Shown piece by piece: positions 13,367-26,339 of a stretch of DNA of 64,000 nt. The notes beneath the pieces are model-generated. The model did not search any database. It worked only from the letters and a program-made list of their open reading frames with translations, and was not told where the DNA came from. The position numbers and the translations under genes were made by a program. This DNA comes from Ylistrum balloti (Eukaryota): assembly GCF_031769215.1 (NCBI RefSeq), contig NW_026781959.1:62001-126000 (forward strand), written 5' to 3'. Every line of letters starts with the position of its first letter. The stretch's first letter is position 1.

Positions 13367-14807
13367 TTGTGGGGGTGAACAATTCCATCTCGAAGTTTCA
13401 AGCCATATTTAACACCAGATCAACAAATATAATGAAAATCAACGGACACAGGCAGTGGAATATCAACACAAACTGTCTCTCGGATAATAAATGTGAATTG
13501 AAATGGTGAATGAGAAACGTATTTGGCGAAGGAAGATAACCATGACACAAAAGTGTGTTGATCTTCAAGTGACGCTCTCCTCGTAAGGCTATCTGTCAGT
13601 TCAGAAGAGTTACGAAAAAGGATTCTCCATCATGTACTGGGTTACAGTTAGCGTCATGGGCTTCGTGGATGTTGTTTCATCAATAAAATGTGCCGTTCAT
13701 TTTTATTTCTCACCGAAAAAGCTCCCTCCAAGAGCAAACAAAAATAATTGTAATTACCAAGTTATCTCCCTTGACCCAGTATATCTCCACACACCCATTA
13801 CTTAAATAATATACATAACACACACTTTATGGCAGTGCCTATCCTCATTTCCATTTCAACAGTATAACTATTCGGAAGTCAGTATGAAATTGTTCAATAA
13901 ATACACTATCTGTTCAGTTGTTTTTAGAACTAGTACTAAAGTCCGTTTATGAATAATGCGGTCGTTACTTGCTGAGAAAATGCACCTAAAACGCATTATT
14001 CTTCAGCTTAGCATATCCGAACCAGCGAGTAGAGAGGAGCTGGGAGCAAACACACGCACACTGGAATCGTCCTAAAATGTGTCTGTATCATTTATAGTTA
14101 GGAGCTGGGAGCTAACACACAGAGAAATTCTCTCTACATTTGGTGTCAGAAACGGAGATGGGGAGTAAACCTCGGGAAAGTTGGCAGGTATGTGTATTTT
14201 AAAATTCGCAACCGGTGTGTTATGCTTTTGGTGCAGCGCGTGGTCGCCATTTCGACTGGTGGGGTATACCAAAATGGAGTTCAATTTACCGAAATGAAGG
14301 AAATTGAGATCTAAACCGACTGTGATTGAAGGGAATGGACATTACCTTCGGTATTGTCATATTGGTTTATATGTCCAAAATCGCGGAGCAATTTTCTTAA
14401 AAAGTATATTTATTTAATTTTTGAAAAAATTGCGATTCTCGATTCCCAACAAAATTTATTTATCGAGATGGAGGGAAACGGGGCTTAAACTGGTTGAATT
14501 TAAGGAGATTGGACCTGTCATTGCCTTATATAGTAACCTGTTGGGTTTAAATTATAAGTTTATTTTCACACAGAGACGTATATATCACATATATACGTCT
14601 CTGTTTTCACAAGAAGTATTTTAATTTAATTATCAAAGAATTCCGATTCACGGTCCGGCTTCGGGTTGGATATTTACCGAATGGGAGAAAAACTGGACCC
14701 AAATCGATTTTATTTCAAGTAAATGGACCTGTCATAGCCTTCATTGGTGATCTGTTGATTCATTTATAAAAAAAAAAACGTAAGTTTATTCTTACCCAAG
14801 AAGTTCA

Positions 14808-15110
14808 GGTCATAACAAGAAAATATTCAAAAAACGATGTCGTCTTGATATTAGAAAGCACTTTTTCAGTTACCGAGTTGTGGATTTGTGGAATAGTTTA
14901 CCACAAACAGTAATAAATGCGGACTCTGTAATAAAATTTTAAATAATGTTAGATGAACATTGGAAAAATATCCGTTTCAATACATGATTGTACATTAACT
15001 AATATAAGCCATTAACACTGAAATTACTTATTATGCAATATGTAAATATGTGATATGGACATAGAGGCTTTAAGCCTGCGTCCATTATTTATGCTAATAA
15101 ATGCTAATAA
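14808..15110 (+). mobile_element. CR1/L2-type LINE 3' fragment
   Basis: Translates GHNKKIFKKRCRLDIRKHFFSYRVVDLWNSLPQTVINADSVIKF, the conserved CR1 ORF2 C-terminus. Followed by a ggac...gaggc/gcctgcgtcc stem and a tandem (atgctaataa)2 tail. Confidence 0.85.
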
Positions 15111-15111
15111 G

Positions 15112-17260
15112 AACAAGCAAGGCCCCTAACTTCATGAGCCTGCACTGTCAATCTTGCCTGATCCTGATCATCTGAATGCTTGTAAGCATACTTGATCACC
15201 TGGCAAACTCACCTGGAAACCGATTGAGAAGAGATATCCCGATGTCCCTGTTTGATTGGCAAAAAAAGACAGGATCGAGACTCGCTCCTTCAGGGAGCCA
15301 GACTCTCAAAGGCTCATAAGGAGCTTGAGTCAGGGAATCCAGCACAAGAGCCAGATTCCAATGAGAGGCTAACTGCCGAACTCTGGGGCTATCAAGAGCA
15401 AAGTCTCTGATTGGGATTAACCTCTCCTTCCTACGATAAAAGGAAATTGAGACTTTACTGGCAATTTGAAAATCGAGGGACACAGCTGTCATTCTGTCAA
15501 CACCGGTTGATGGTGCCTGGAGAGTGTCTGCCAGCACATTCAGTCTGCCTGGAAGATGTTTGACCAGGATGGCCAGGAAGAATATCTGAAGAGGTCTGAT
15601 GTTAAGTCTCACTAAGGGGGACCATATCTGACAGGGAGTTGAGATATTCCAGAAAATTGAGACCTGGGCATGTGACCAACTGATGAGGGTCAGAGCAAGC
15701 GTCCTGGCCGCAAACTTCTCCAGAGGTGAAAGGGCTATTCCCTGAACTGAAATGAAACGATTCTAAAGGAAAACGAACCAGAGATGGGGAAACCTCCAAC
15801 TTCTCTCTGGAAGGGATGAAGCTGACTTTGAGCAAGAGTTTGAGGACCAGACGGGTGTCCCTCACTAAAGATTCCCTCATGAAGGGAAGCATTAAACATT
15901 AAGCTGCAGCCCAGCAAATCCAGGAGCACAAATAGAAGAATTCTTCTGCAGGACCCGAGACCAAGCATTGGCCAGTGCTGAAAACACAATGGTGCCTTCT
16001 GGAAGGGACTGGTCAGACCAAGCGGTTGCCCACGGGAGCCACCAAAGAGCTTCAAAGGGTGGTTAACTTGGGAAGGGAAGATGCCAAAGGCAGTGGTCTG
16101 ACCTTTGCCCCAAGATTCGGAACACATTGGCCATAAGGGCCCGCATCCCAGAAAGAATGTGCCGAGCCTCAGCTTCAGCAGCCTCAGGACCACCTCCCTT
16201 CAGGAAACCCTTATCTCCAGAAAAGTCATTGTCAGATGACTTTGGATCCATATCTGAGTAACCAGGTGAAAGATGAATGACATCATCCTTCTCTGCCATA
16301 TCCATGCCCTCACAATCCATATCCTCCACCTTGTTGGGACCAGAAATCCAAGTAGGAGGAAAAGGGCCAGCCAGAGGGGCCAACTCCAAAGAATTTTCAA
16401 AAGACCAAACCTCAGGGATTCCAGGGAGGAAAACCCATGGGGTTAACCCAAAATCCTTAAGGAAAAGGGAATGGTCCTGCGGGCTGGGAGTGACCCAGAA
16501 CTGGTCAAACTGGTCCAAGGAGGGTTGCCTGCAGGCACATGTATACCCTGAGCCACGAGGACAAGGAGACCAGAAATCAGTCACATGGTCAGCAAAGCTA
16601 GCCCCTTGGGGGATACTGCCTGGGCACCCCTGTACCGGAAACTCTTGACTGGGCCAGAAAAGACCAGGAACCTGAGAGGATGGGAAAGATGGCCCAACAT
16701 TGACGCCAGGATTAGTGAGCTGTGCATCACCAATCCCAGTGGAAACAGAATTCTGAGAGGAAGTCCATAACCCTGGGACCTGAGCTCAAAAGAACAAGCC
16801 CGGCATCAAGGCAGTCCCCATCTACATCACCACCTGGTGCACCGGGGTCAATGACCAGCGTCCTGAATTCCCTACTATAAGAAAAATGGGAACTTTTGCC
16901 AAATTGACTGTGTGGTGTTCTGTGCTTGCCCCCACTCCAGCACGCGCCTGGATGGGAGGGACCTCTTGTTGAAGAAAGGAACTCGAAGGGGTGAAAAGTC
17001 CTGAGGCAGGCATGATCGGCTCAAAGCTGGAGGCAGAAGGCCTAACAGGCTTCCCACTCCTACAAGAAGAAGGGGACAAATCCTTCTTATGGCAGGACAA
17101 AGATCGCTGAGAAGACTGGGAAACCTTGACTTGAGATTCTTCATGAGAATAAGGTTCACACGGAGCAGTCTACAATACAGCTCAGGAAGTCACATAGGGG
17201 TACGGGACAAATTCCAGGTAAGTGTGCCGTCAACATAAGCTGCTGTAATTTTTTTGTTTG
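15112..17260 (-). mobile_element. Decayed DIRS-type (tyrosine recombinase) retrotransposon, copy A
   Basis: Minus-strand relics: gag-like low-complexity region (16.1-17.2 kb), RT C-part (ESLVRDTRLVLKLLLKVSFIPSREKL), RNase H end (ILVKHLPGRLNVLADTL) and YR (HWNLALVLDSLTQAPYEPL; AHEVRGLA). Carries frameshifts and internal deletions; ends approximate. Confidence 0.8.
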
Positions 17261-17499
17261 TCATGGCCTGTACTATAAACACAGACTCCTTTGTCCCCCT
17301 TTAATGCTAATGTTGATTGACCTGGTATGTTGAACCACATGGATGTTTCGTTCGTATTCGCAGTAAACTTATTGGGATACTCTCGGAGATGTCACATCCA
17401 GAGTACAAAATTTTAAAACCTGTCAACACAACTGTTAATCAAGGAAACAGTATGTTGTCTTTTTTTTTTAATTGTAAACCACCACCACAAATTCCATAT

Positions 17500-17830
17500 G
17501 TAGGTTCCTCTTGGTCCCTAGTTGTGCCAACTTGATTTTGGGTCAGATAAAAAAGCAAAATGGCTGACAGATAGCCATCTTGTATTTTAGCTTTGAAAGT
17601 TTGTTATTGCTATTTCTTGATGCTTGATGGATCTTTCTTAAATTTCATATTTAGGTTTTTCTTGGTCCCTAGTTGTGCCTGTTCAATTTTTGGACTGATC
17701 AGAAAAACACAAAATGGCTTCCAGGCTGCTATCTTTGATTTGACCATTAGAGATCATCATTGCTATTTCTACGAAGGAATGTTAAAATTTCATAAAGAGC
17801 AAAAAAAAGAGAAAAGAAAAGATCCAACTT
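17500..17830. repeat. Two diverged ~160-bp satellite/HINE monomers, same family as the flanks at 9350-10400
   Basis: cttggtccctagttgtgcc...aaaatggct...gccatcttg...ttttagctttgaaagtttg repeated. Confidence 0.6.
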
Positions 17831-18034
17831 TCAAACAGCAAATAAAAATCAAACAATAGGGGGCACCAATATCCCCTTGGGAATTTTTGTTAATAAACCT
17901 CTCAAATCAAGGAAGCTTGTGGACTAATAATAAACCTGTAGCTTGCTAAAATGAAGGTTGGCCAAGTTTGTTCAAATAAATGACCTAGATGCTCTTTTAG
18001 TGTGAGGGTAAAATACACCATATCCATTTACCTT

Positions 18035-18712
18035 TTTTAGGTCACCTGAGACAAAGTCTTGGGTTGACCTATTGTGATTCCTTTTTGTCTGCCATCATAA
18101 ACTTTAACATTTTCGACTTCTGGAAAAGTCCTGAACAGATTTCAATGAATTTTCACAAAAATCTTCCAAGGCTTAAGGCGCATCAAAATTGTAAATTATA
18201 TGGTCCCAACCACCAGCGAGGCCTGAGGGGTGGGCTTAAAATGGTCAAATTGATTGCAACTTCAAAAATCTTCTTCTCAAATCCGAGGTATGGTAGAATC
18301 AAGTATTCTTCATGGATGGAAAGGCCTTCAGATGCTTTACAATACTTTAAATTGTAAATTTCATGACCTCAGGGTGTCACATTTCCCCTTGGGGAAGGGG
18401 TAAAGTTTACTTTAGTTTTTATAGGAAAATCACATTTTTGAAAATTATTTGTTCATTTTCTGTTGGAAATAATTTAAATCTGGATAGAATTATTAGTTTA
18501 AGGTGATAGTTTAATGAGAAGCACATATTTACCTTGACTGACACCCAGGGGCTGATGGGCGGGGTCAAAAATGGGTCAAATAGACTGAAATTTCAAAGGT
18601 GTTTTACTGTTCCTAGATAGAAGATTTTATATAGGAAAATTCAAATCTTTAGTAAATTTCTTTAATTAAAACTTGGTTTTAAGCCTTAGTTTGGGATAGC
18701 TTACATTATGTG
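18035..18712 (+). mobile_element. HINE-like interspersed repeat; related copy at ~53940-54480
   Basis: Begins ttttaggtcacctgag (HINE-type 5' terminus). Internal blocks tagtttaaggtgatagttt and ggggctgatggg...ttgaaatttcaaa are shared with 53950-54480. Confidence 0.55.
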
Positions 18713-19066
18713 TGTAAAAACCCCTCAGTTGACATACGACACAGACTCAGTTTTAAGGTTCACATATATCTATTTATTGGTCAGAGATCAAGGAACCACA
18801 GACCCGGAGATGTAAATTTGATTCACCTGCATTCCTTGATGGTCATAACGGAAAGTGAGGAGTTAGAGAGGAGTACAGGTATACTACACATATGTGCAGG
18901 GTCATGTGAATATGTAAACACTTGTGCAACATCCACTCTGCATACACCTCACATACTTGTTAAGACAAGCACTGGACTGACAACATATAATCACGATTGA
19001 CAAAGTGAATGGAGTAAAAGGGATAATAACTACATTGAGTACACCCTGTTACACATTCCCCCTCTT
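18713..19066 (-). mobile_element. Probable isolated LTR (~341 bp) with adjacent polypurine tract
   Basis: Termini TGTAAA...GTTACA (18713-19053). The minus strand reads aaagagggggaatg|tgtaac, a PPT directly before TG. No partner LTR in the window. Confidence 0.4.
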
Positions 19067-19691
19067 TCCTGAATGGCACCCAACATTCTAAAGATGTACC
19101 CAGTATAATACTACGGAATCAACAAGTTGGAAATTACACATATTTAGGTCAAATGTTAAATTAGTGTAATGCAACACTGCACTAGAAACAATGTAGCTCA
19201 GATGGCTAGAAACTCACGATACCAAATTTTGGAATCCATTGTATTTAGAATATAATGACTTGTCAAATTTTCAAGAGACAAGGAGGTTAAGTAATACGAC
19301 CAAATCAGACAGAGTTGTTATAATTGTAACTGTTTAATAATTTCCGGACCGCGTTCCGGATCCTTTTGTTTGAGTATTAGTCTATGCCGCGCAAAGCATT
19401 GTGGGTTGTTGAATAAATGGTTTCGAAGTAATGGCAGTCTCCGTGTCATGCTGTCATGTTCATGTTGTAAATACACAACATTTCTGGCAACGAGGAATAT
19501 TCGAACCCACGCGATGAATGAATGACTGTATCAACGCTGTGTGAACAACGCCAGGACGTCAGAAAAAAAACTGTCAAGCGGTGAGCTAAAGTGTTTGAAG
19601 CGGTGTCGTTGCTATATTCCCCCCTCACTGTAAAACCATGTGGCCGTGGGAAAATTTACTTCTGTGCACCATTTTACTCTATAGTTCAATC

Positions 19692-20205
19692 ATGGCAGGA
19701 AAAATTGGTCGTATGGACATGTTCGACAGTTCCATTGAAACATGGGATAGCTACAGTGAACGCCTAGAGCAATATTTTATTTGTAACGGCATAAAAAACG
19801 AACAGAAAGTACCGGCATTACTGAGTTTGGTGGGTGGGTCAACATATTCGCTGTTGCGTGGATTGACAGCACCAGAGAAGCCAGCTACAAAAACCTATGA
19901 CGTGTTAGTAGGAACTCTTAAGAACCATTTGAACCCGAAGCCATTAGTCATAGCAGAACGTTTTTGGTTCCATAAACGGGAACAATGAGAAGGTGAAAAT
20001 ATCCGTGAATATTTGGCAGCAATTAGGAAATTAGCTGAATATTGTGAATTCGCTGACAACCTGAACGACGCATTACGAGATCGTTTGGTATGTGGCTTGT
20101 GTTCTGAACAAATACAGAAACGGCTATTATCAGAGGCCACATTGACATTAGATACTGCCTGTGAAATATCGTTGGCAATGGAGACAGCCGCACAGGACTA
20201 CACAA
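19692..20205 (+). pseudogene. Gypsy gag N-terminal half with a premature stop
   Basis: MAGKIGRMDMFDSSIETWDSYSERLEQYF...PKPLVIAERFWFHKREQ*EGENIREYLAAIRKLAEYCEF...LRDRLVCGL. One in-frame TGA at 19986-19988. Confidence 0.85.
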
Positions 20206-21423
20206 GACACAAGAGAAGATCGAGGCCGTGTTAAAGGCTCCTGAACCGACAAATGTGACAGAATTGCGATCCTTTCTGGGTATCGTCAACTATTATGGAC
20301 GTTTCATGAAGAACCTCTCCGCAACACTCCACCCTCTACATAAACTGTTACAGAAGGACTGCAAGTGGGAGTGGAATGAGGAATGTCAAAACGTGTTTGA
20401 GGAGATCAAGCTTGTGGTCACATCGAAGGAAGTCCTCACACACTACGATCCTACACTGCCACTGAGAGTGGCAAGTGACGCCTCTCCGAAAGGCTTGGGA
20501 GCCGTGCTCTCTCATGTAATGGCTGATGGAAGTGAGCGGCCTATCGCCTACGCCTCGCGTTCTCTGAATCAAGCGGAAAAGAACTATGCGCAAATTGACA
20601 AGGAGGCTTTAGGAATAGTATGGGCAGTGAAACGATTTCACACATTCTTATTTGGACGTCATTTCACCATGATAACGGATCATCAGCCGTTACTATCCAT
20701 CTTTAATCCTCGGAAAGGGATATCCACAACATCAGTGGAAACAGAGCGAGTCACGACAAGTAAACTGTCGAGTATTTGAAGTGGGAGACCGTGTAGCTAC
20801 CAGGGATTATCGTGGTCAAAACAAATGGACATATGGAACTATAGCTGAGAAAACAGGTCCAGTGTCATACAGGATCGAGATTGCTACCCGGCGTGTTATG
20901 GCGTAGACATCTTGATCAGATCCGTAGCAGTAACGTCACCAACGCATATGAGGAAATCAACGTACCTCCGTTGAGGGAACCAAACGTCACGGTGGAACCA
21001 CCGAACGCGATTGTGAGTCCATCTCAGATATCACAGGCGCCTCCGAAGGTTATCGATATCCCACCGTCTCCGATGGAACATCAAACACCCACGAAAGCGT
21101 CAATGACACCTGTTGACGTATCAGCTAGTACTACTCCAAGACGAAACCCTCGACGAAACGCAGGAGTTCCTAGAAGGTACCAGGTACCTCCGTTGAGGGA
21201 ACCAAACGTCACGGTGGAACCACCGAACGCGATTGTGAGTCCATCTCGGATATCACAGGCGCCTCCGAAGGTTATCGATATCCCACTGTCTCCGATGGAA
21301 CATCAAACACCCGCGAAAGCGTCAATGACACCTGTTGATGTATCAGCTAGTACTACTCCAAGACGAAACCCTCGACGAAACGCAGGAGTTCCTAGAAGGT
21401 ACCAGGACTATGTTCCAGGATGA
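20206..21423 (+). pseudogene. Gypsy pol remnant: RT connection and RNase H fused to the integrase C-terminal tail
   Basis: ELRSFLGIVNYY, VASDASPKGLGAVL, YAQIDKEALGIVWAVKRFH and TDHQPL motifs, then FEVGDRV...GPVSY...WRRHLDQIR. No protease, RT core or integrase core. Confidence 0.85.
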
Positions 21424-23699
21424 ATTGGTGTGACAGACTTAACTCTACGCTAGTCCTATAGTGGTTACTTGTGATCACACCGTGAAAAAGGGGCACAATA
21501 ATCCCCGTGTGAGTCACTGGAACCAAGTAAGTTCCATTCCAAGTTATTTCTTTCTGTTTTGAAGTTTCATAGTAATATTGTGAATGGTGATCATATGTCT
21601 AGATAAAAAAAAAAATATCAGTGCTTATGACAATATTTAGTTCGTGGTTTGACGATATAGTATAATTTACATTCTCAGATAGAGTAATGTTTGAATCAAG
21701 TGACATGCAGAGATGAACAGTTATAATTGTTTGAATTGACTCCGTTGATAGACAATGCTTATGTGGAACAAACAAGACTAAGGTGGAGGAGTGTTATAAT
21801 TGTAACTGTTTAATAATTTCCGGACCGCGTTCCGGATCCTTTTGTTTGAGTATTAGTCTATACCGCGCAAAGCATTGTGGGTTGTTGAATAAATGGTTTC
21901 GAAGTAATGGCAGTCTCCGTGTCATGCTGTCATGTTCATGTTGTAAATACACAACAAGAGTAATACCTATACTCTTACTACTGGGAACGAATTCCAAGTT
22001 AACTTTAACCAATACTTTATAACAATTTAATGATAAGATACAATATATTACATACAATTAATGATTATTAACATGACTCCCTGCTGAAGTGGTTGGGGAA
22101 CCCCCTAACTACTTGCAGGAGACCAAATCTGTTTCGAAGTCCTCATGAATTTTTGAACATATGGAGTTTCATTCTAATGGCTTTTCCCCTTCACCTGCTC
22201 TACAATGAAACTCAGTTGTGTATCCAAAACTCTCAATAATATCTAAGTGATACCCAAGGGAAAATCCCTTATTACTAGTAACCAAGACTGGATTAAATCG
22301 TAGTGATTGGGATGCTTCAATTGGTTTTCCAAGAAACTTTTTAAGTTTACTCAAGCTCATTAATGAAAATTAATTGGCAATAATATGTAACTAGGTGTAC
22401 AATAATCTCTGTCACCAGCGCGCGCGAAATTAGCACGAGCTGTGAAAGATTGCGGGAGAGTTGTGCATGCATAAGTCACCAACCACCTGTACCTCAAATT
22501 CAGGTCACGTCATTCCGCACCTGGCCAGCACTGAGTCCCCATCGGTGGCAACACACACGTTCTCTCCTGGTAAGTATATGTCAAATCTGTTAAATAGAGC
22601 TTTTGGGTATTGTGCAACTATAGAGTAGAACTTTTTTTCTGAAAAATAACTCAGTTTTGATTAGTAGATGAGGTGTACTCAAGCATGAGATTTGTATAAC
22701 ACATGAATAAAACTCATAAAGCAAAGACAACCACAGACAGATTACTTACTGTACCTCTCATTCTCGTGACTGGGAAGAAAGCGTGCTGTGCAAACACATA
22801 CTGGTAGACACAATTAGTGATGAATGTAATGATGACTTAGAATTATCTTCTAGCTTCACAGGTTTCCCTCTCAGGTCCCTGGTAATTACAACCATCTACT
22901 TTCTCTTCCCAGTACTGCTCCATATCAATCTACCCTCTGTTATAGTCTAGCAACCAATTACAAATAATCAAAATACAAATTACTGCGATTGAAAAGTAGA
23001 AGGGGGAACATTTAGCACACATTGTGAACATCCATTGGCAGACTTTGCAGCAATTTGTTGAAATTTTATAGTAGAAAATTAGAAATTCAATAATTTACCA
23101 CAGAATGCATTTAGCAGTGTCTCTGAAGAATAAGGATGACAATATATGCCACGTTTCAGCACTGGTGTAAAGACTAGCACAGTTTATTAATATGTACTCA
23201 AATATCGATTATGAAAAACACCACACAGCCTGTCCATTTTTTAATCCACAAAACCAATGTCATGTCAAGTATACACAAATTCTTTGGTAAAATTGATGAA
23301 AAGATGAAATAAAAGTCTTTTCCCACCACCTACATTACTTCTCAGAAACAGAAAATCTGCAAAACCATCGCATCTCATCTGTATATTCCTCCATGAGGCA
23401 ACAGCTTCAAACATGTAGTACTTATGTCATTTAGGTCTTCACAGGAGGTAGTATTAACGAAAATATCACCCATAGCCACACTGAGAAACTGTGTACTGCT
23501 ACCTAAGGGGTAAATGAGATAAGGAGATCAGCGTTTAACTGCCTGAGTACTTATAAGTTTTGTATTTCATTTAAAGATATATAGAGGTTGCGAGGTTTAA
23601 GGAATGTGAAAGAGAGACTTTTGAAAGGGGTGAAGAAGTGAAGATTGAAGTAAGAATTGGATACCAAATCTATTAAAATATTTGACACCACAATAATTG

Positions 23700-25000
23700 C
23701 ACTAAAAACAATTGAATGCCCAAATTCTACATATAAACCATCTGATTCTGCTCGATACTGTAAATTGTCTTTCGGTCTTGCGCGACCAAAACAGATATGA
23801 GTGTTTTATGTAATACGTCTTCATTTTTCCTTTTTATGTAATTCATCTTCATTTTTCTTTAAAAATTAATCATAATGTTTGAAATATGATGGTATTAATG
23901 CAAAAGAAATCCATTACAATTATTAAAAAACGGCACTATTTTACCCCGATTCTGCCTGATCCTGTAAATCGTCTTTCTGTCCTGTGTGGCACATTACGTT
24001 ATGTGAAAGGAACACAATATCTTTTTAGGCCATTTTTGATCAATGTGAAACTATAATATTTTAACTTAGATCATTAAACACCACAATAAGTATACTAAAA
24101 ACAATTTATTGCTCAAATTCTACCTTTAAACCGCTCAATTCCACCTGATTCTGTCCGATCCTGAAAGTTGTCATCGGTCCTGTGCGGCACATTATGTTTT
24201 GCAAAAAAAATACGGTATTTTAGCCGTTTTTGATCAAAATAAAACTATCATATTTTAACTGAGATCATTTAACACCACAATAGTTACACTAAAAACAATT
24301 TAATGCCCAAATTCTACATATAAACCATCTGATTCTGCCCGTTCCTGTAAATGGTCTTTCGGTCTTAAACGACCAAAACAGATATGAGTGTTTTATGTAA
24401 TACTTCTTCATTTTTTAGCTCACCTGGCCCAAACGGTCAAGTGAGGTTATGCCATACCGCAGTGTCCGTCTTCCATCTGTCCATCTGTCGTCCGTCTGTC
24501 CTGCATCATCAACTTTTCATTTAAACAACTGAAATGCCGAAAGGTGTAGAGTTATCATATTTGGCTGGAAGGTTCCTTTGATGAAGCCCAACAAAGTTTG
24601 CAAAAAGAAATGACCTTGACCCATATTCAAGGCCACAGTGGTCAAATGTGTTAAAACCTTTAAACAACTTCTTCCAAAATACCGGAAGGCCTAGAATCAT
24701 TATATTTGGCTGGAAGGTTTCTTTGATAAAGCCCAACAAAGTTTGCAAATAGAAATGACCTTGACCCATAGTCAAGGTCACAGGGGTCAAATGTGTTAAA
24801 TGTGGAACATATGCACAGATATAGTACTGTTGGTCATTAAGATCCAGGTGAGCGATACAGGCCCTCTTGGCCCCCTGTCCTTAAAAACTATTCATAATGT
24901 TTATCATATGATGATATTAATGTCAAAGAAATTCATAAAAATTTATGAACCCTGCCCGATTCTGGCTGATCCTGTAAGTAGTCTTTCTAAGTGGGAATAT
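23700..25000. repeat. Diverged tandem/segmental repeat units, interrupted by a HINE
   Basis: aaaaacaattgaatgcccaaattctacatataaaccatctgattctg...cgaccaaaacagatatgagtgttttatgtaatac at ~23705 and ~24292, with related sub-units at 24100 and 24950. Confidence 0.75.
24413..24878 (+). mobile_element. Complete HINE (non-autonomous Helentron, DINE-1/pearl-like architecture)
   Basis: 5' ttagctcacctg and 3' caggtgag subterminal inverted repeats; gtcc/gtct microsatellite tract; two ~140-bp core repeats; 3' hairpin aggccctcttggccccct. Inserted in a T-run with no TSD. Confidence 0.8.
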
Positions 25001-26339
25001 CACCCCACTGAGTCAACAGGAAATTTGATGGTCGATTAAGCTGGTTCAATCAAAGTTGACCAGCTGCATGCAGTAAAAGGTATGAACTTCACTGATTACA
25101 CCCCGTTACATGTGTACATGATAATTAATTTACATTTTAATGTACTTTATACATGCATGGAGTTGTTGTCATGTGGTTTATATCTGCTAAATAATATTAA
25201 ATACTTGGTATGATTTTAAACAATTTAAATTTCGCGGCCTTTGGTTTTGTTGCGGAAGGGGAAATGATGTAATAAACATGCGCATTAAGTCATTGCCAGA
25301 CAAAGACGTCTCTACCAGGAATTCACATCCAGGGCCAGTCAACTTCAGGTGTAAGTATTTTTGTATATACGAAGTCGCTAAGTTCTCTGTAACATGCTGT
25401 TCACATCAAGCTGTCTTACCTGCTGTGCACACCACAAATTCAGTGACTTACCTGGTAATTCTATATTTCAGGTCTAGTCACACAGATCAACACATCAAGC
25501 CGGCTTATTTCCAGGTTCAAATTTAGGCACAGTTCATAGCATCAATAATTATGTCCCCCAAATGAAGTAGGGGGACAAACTGTGTTTGCTCCGTTTCTTG
25601 TTATTATTATTTATATTATTCTTATTTCTTCCATTTTCTTCCGCCGGTGAGGTTTCCGACGCGTTTCTCAAAAACTATTGCATGGAATTTAACAAAACTT
25701 TACACACATATTCATACATGCGAGGCGGAGTGCAGGCCACTTAAATTTTTCCAATCGGTCATCTGAGCGGTCAGCTGTGGTCTAAATTTGGCCAAATTTT
25801 AGATATTGTCCGATTTTCGTGAAAATTGGTATATATGTATTAGGTGGCAATCAGAGCAAAAAGGCGTAGTCCATTTTTCATTCGGCCATCGATTGGTCAT
25901 ATAAGCAGTCAACTGTGGTCAAAATTCATAGCATTAGTACTTTAAGCCGGCTTACCTGCGGTGCTTTTTACAGGTTCAGTGGTGTGGATCTGTTCTTAAG
26001 GTTCATGTCATGGTCACAATTCATATCTTTAGTTTATTTTCCCGTCTTACCTGTTGCGTTTCACTAGTTCAGGGGAAAGAATCTCCAAATTCCAGAGTCA
26101 GATGGTTACAGAAATGTACTGTTGGAACTTCTTTCTGTCTAACCTGTTAAGTTTTCTCTTTCTAACAGAATTACTTCAACAGTCAGTATGGTATGATCAG
26201 GTATGATCTTTGGTTATACACTTAATGATTATAGCTAATTTAATTGAAAGCAGTCTATTATAAGTGAAGGATGTCGGGGAAGTAAGACACATCTTGTGTT
26301 TATTTCTTTAATTAAGAATCTGAATCTGGATGTCATTTT

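Larger units (their letters stand above)
19316..21956 (+). mobile_element. Internally deleted Gypsy (Mag-like) LTR retrotransposon
   Basis: 165-bp LTRs TGTTA...CAACA at 19316-19480 and 21792-21956, with 1 mismatch seen. 5-bp TSD AGAGT at 19311-15 and 21957-61. PBS TGGCAACGAGGA resembles a tRNA-Ser(GCU) type; PPT aaggtggaggag. Contains gag, RT-connection/RNase H and integrase C-terminal remnants. Confidence 0.95.

Noticed and set aside
14160-14260. CpG-rich patch with an AAATGGCG (YY1-like) motif and a single agttggcaggtatg TIR-like end
   Set aside because: No partner TIR and no downstream exon could be identified, so neither a promoter nor a transposon call is supportable.
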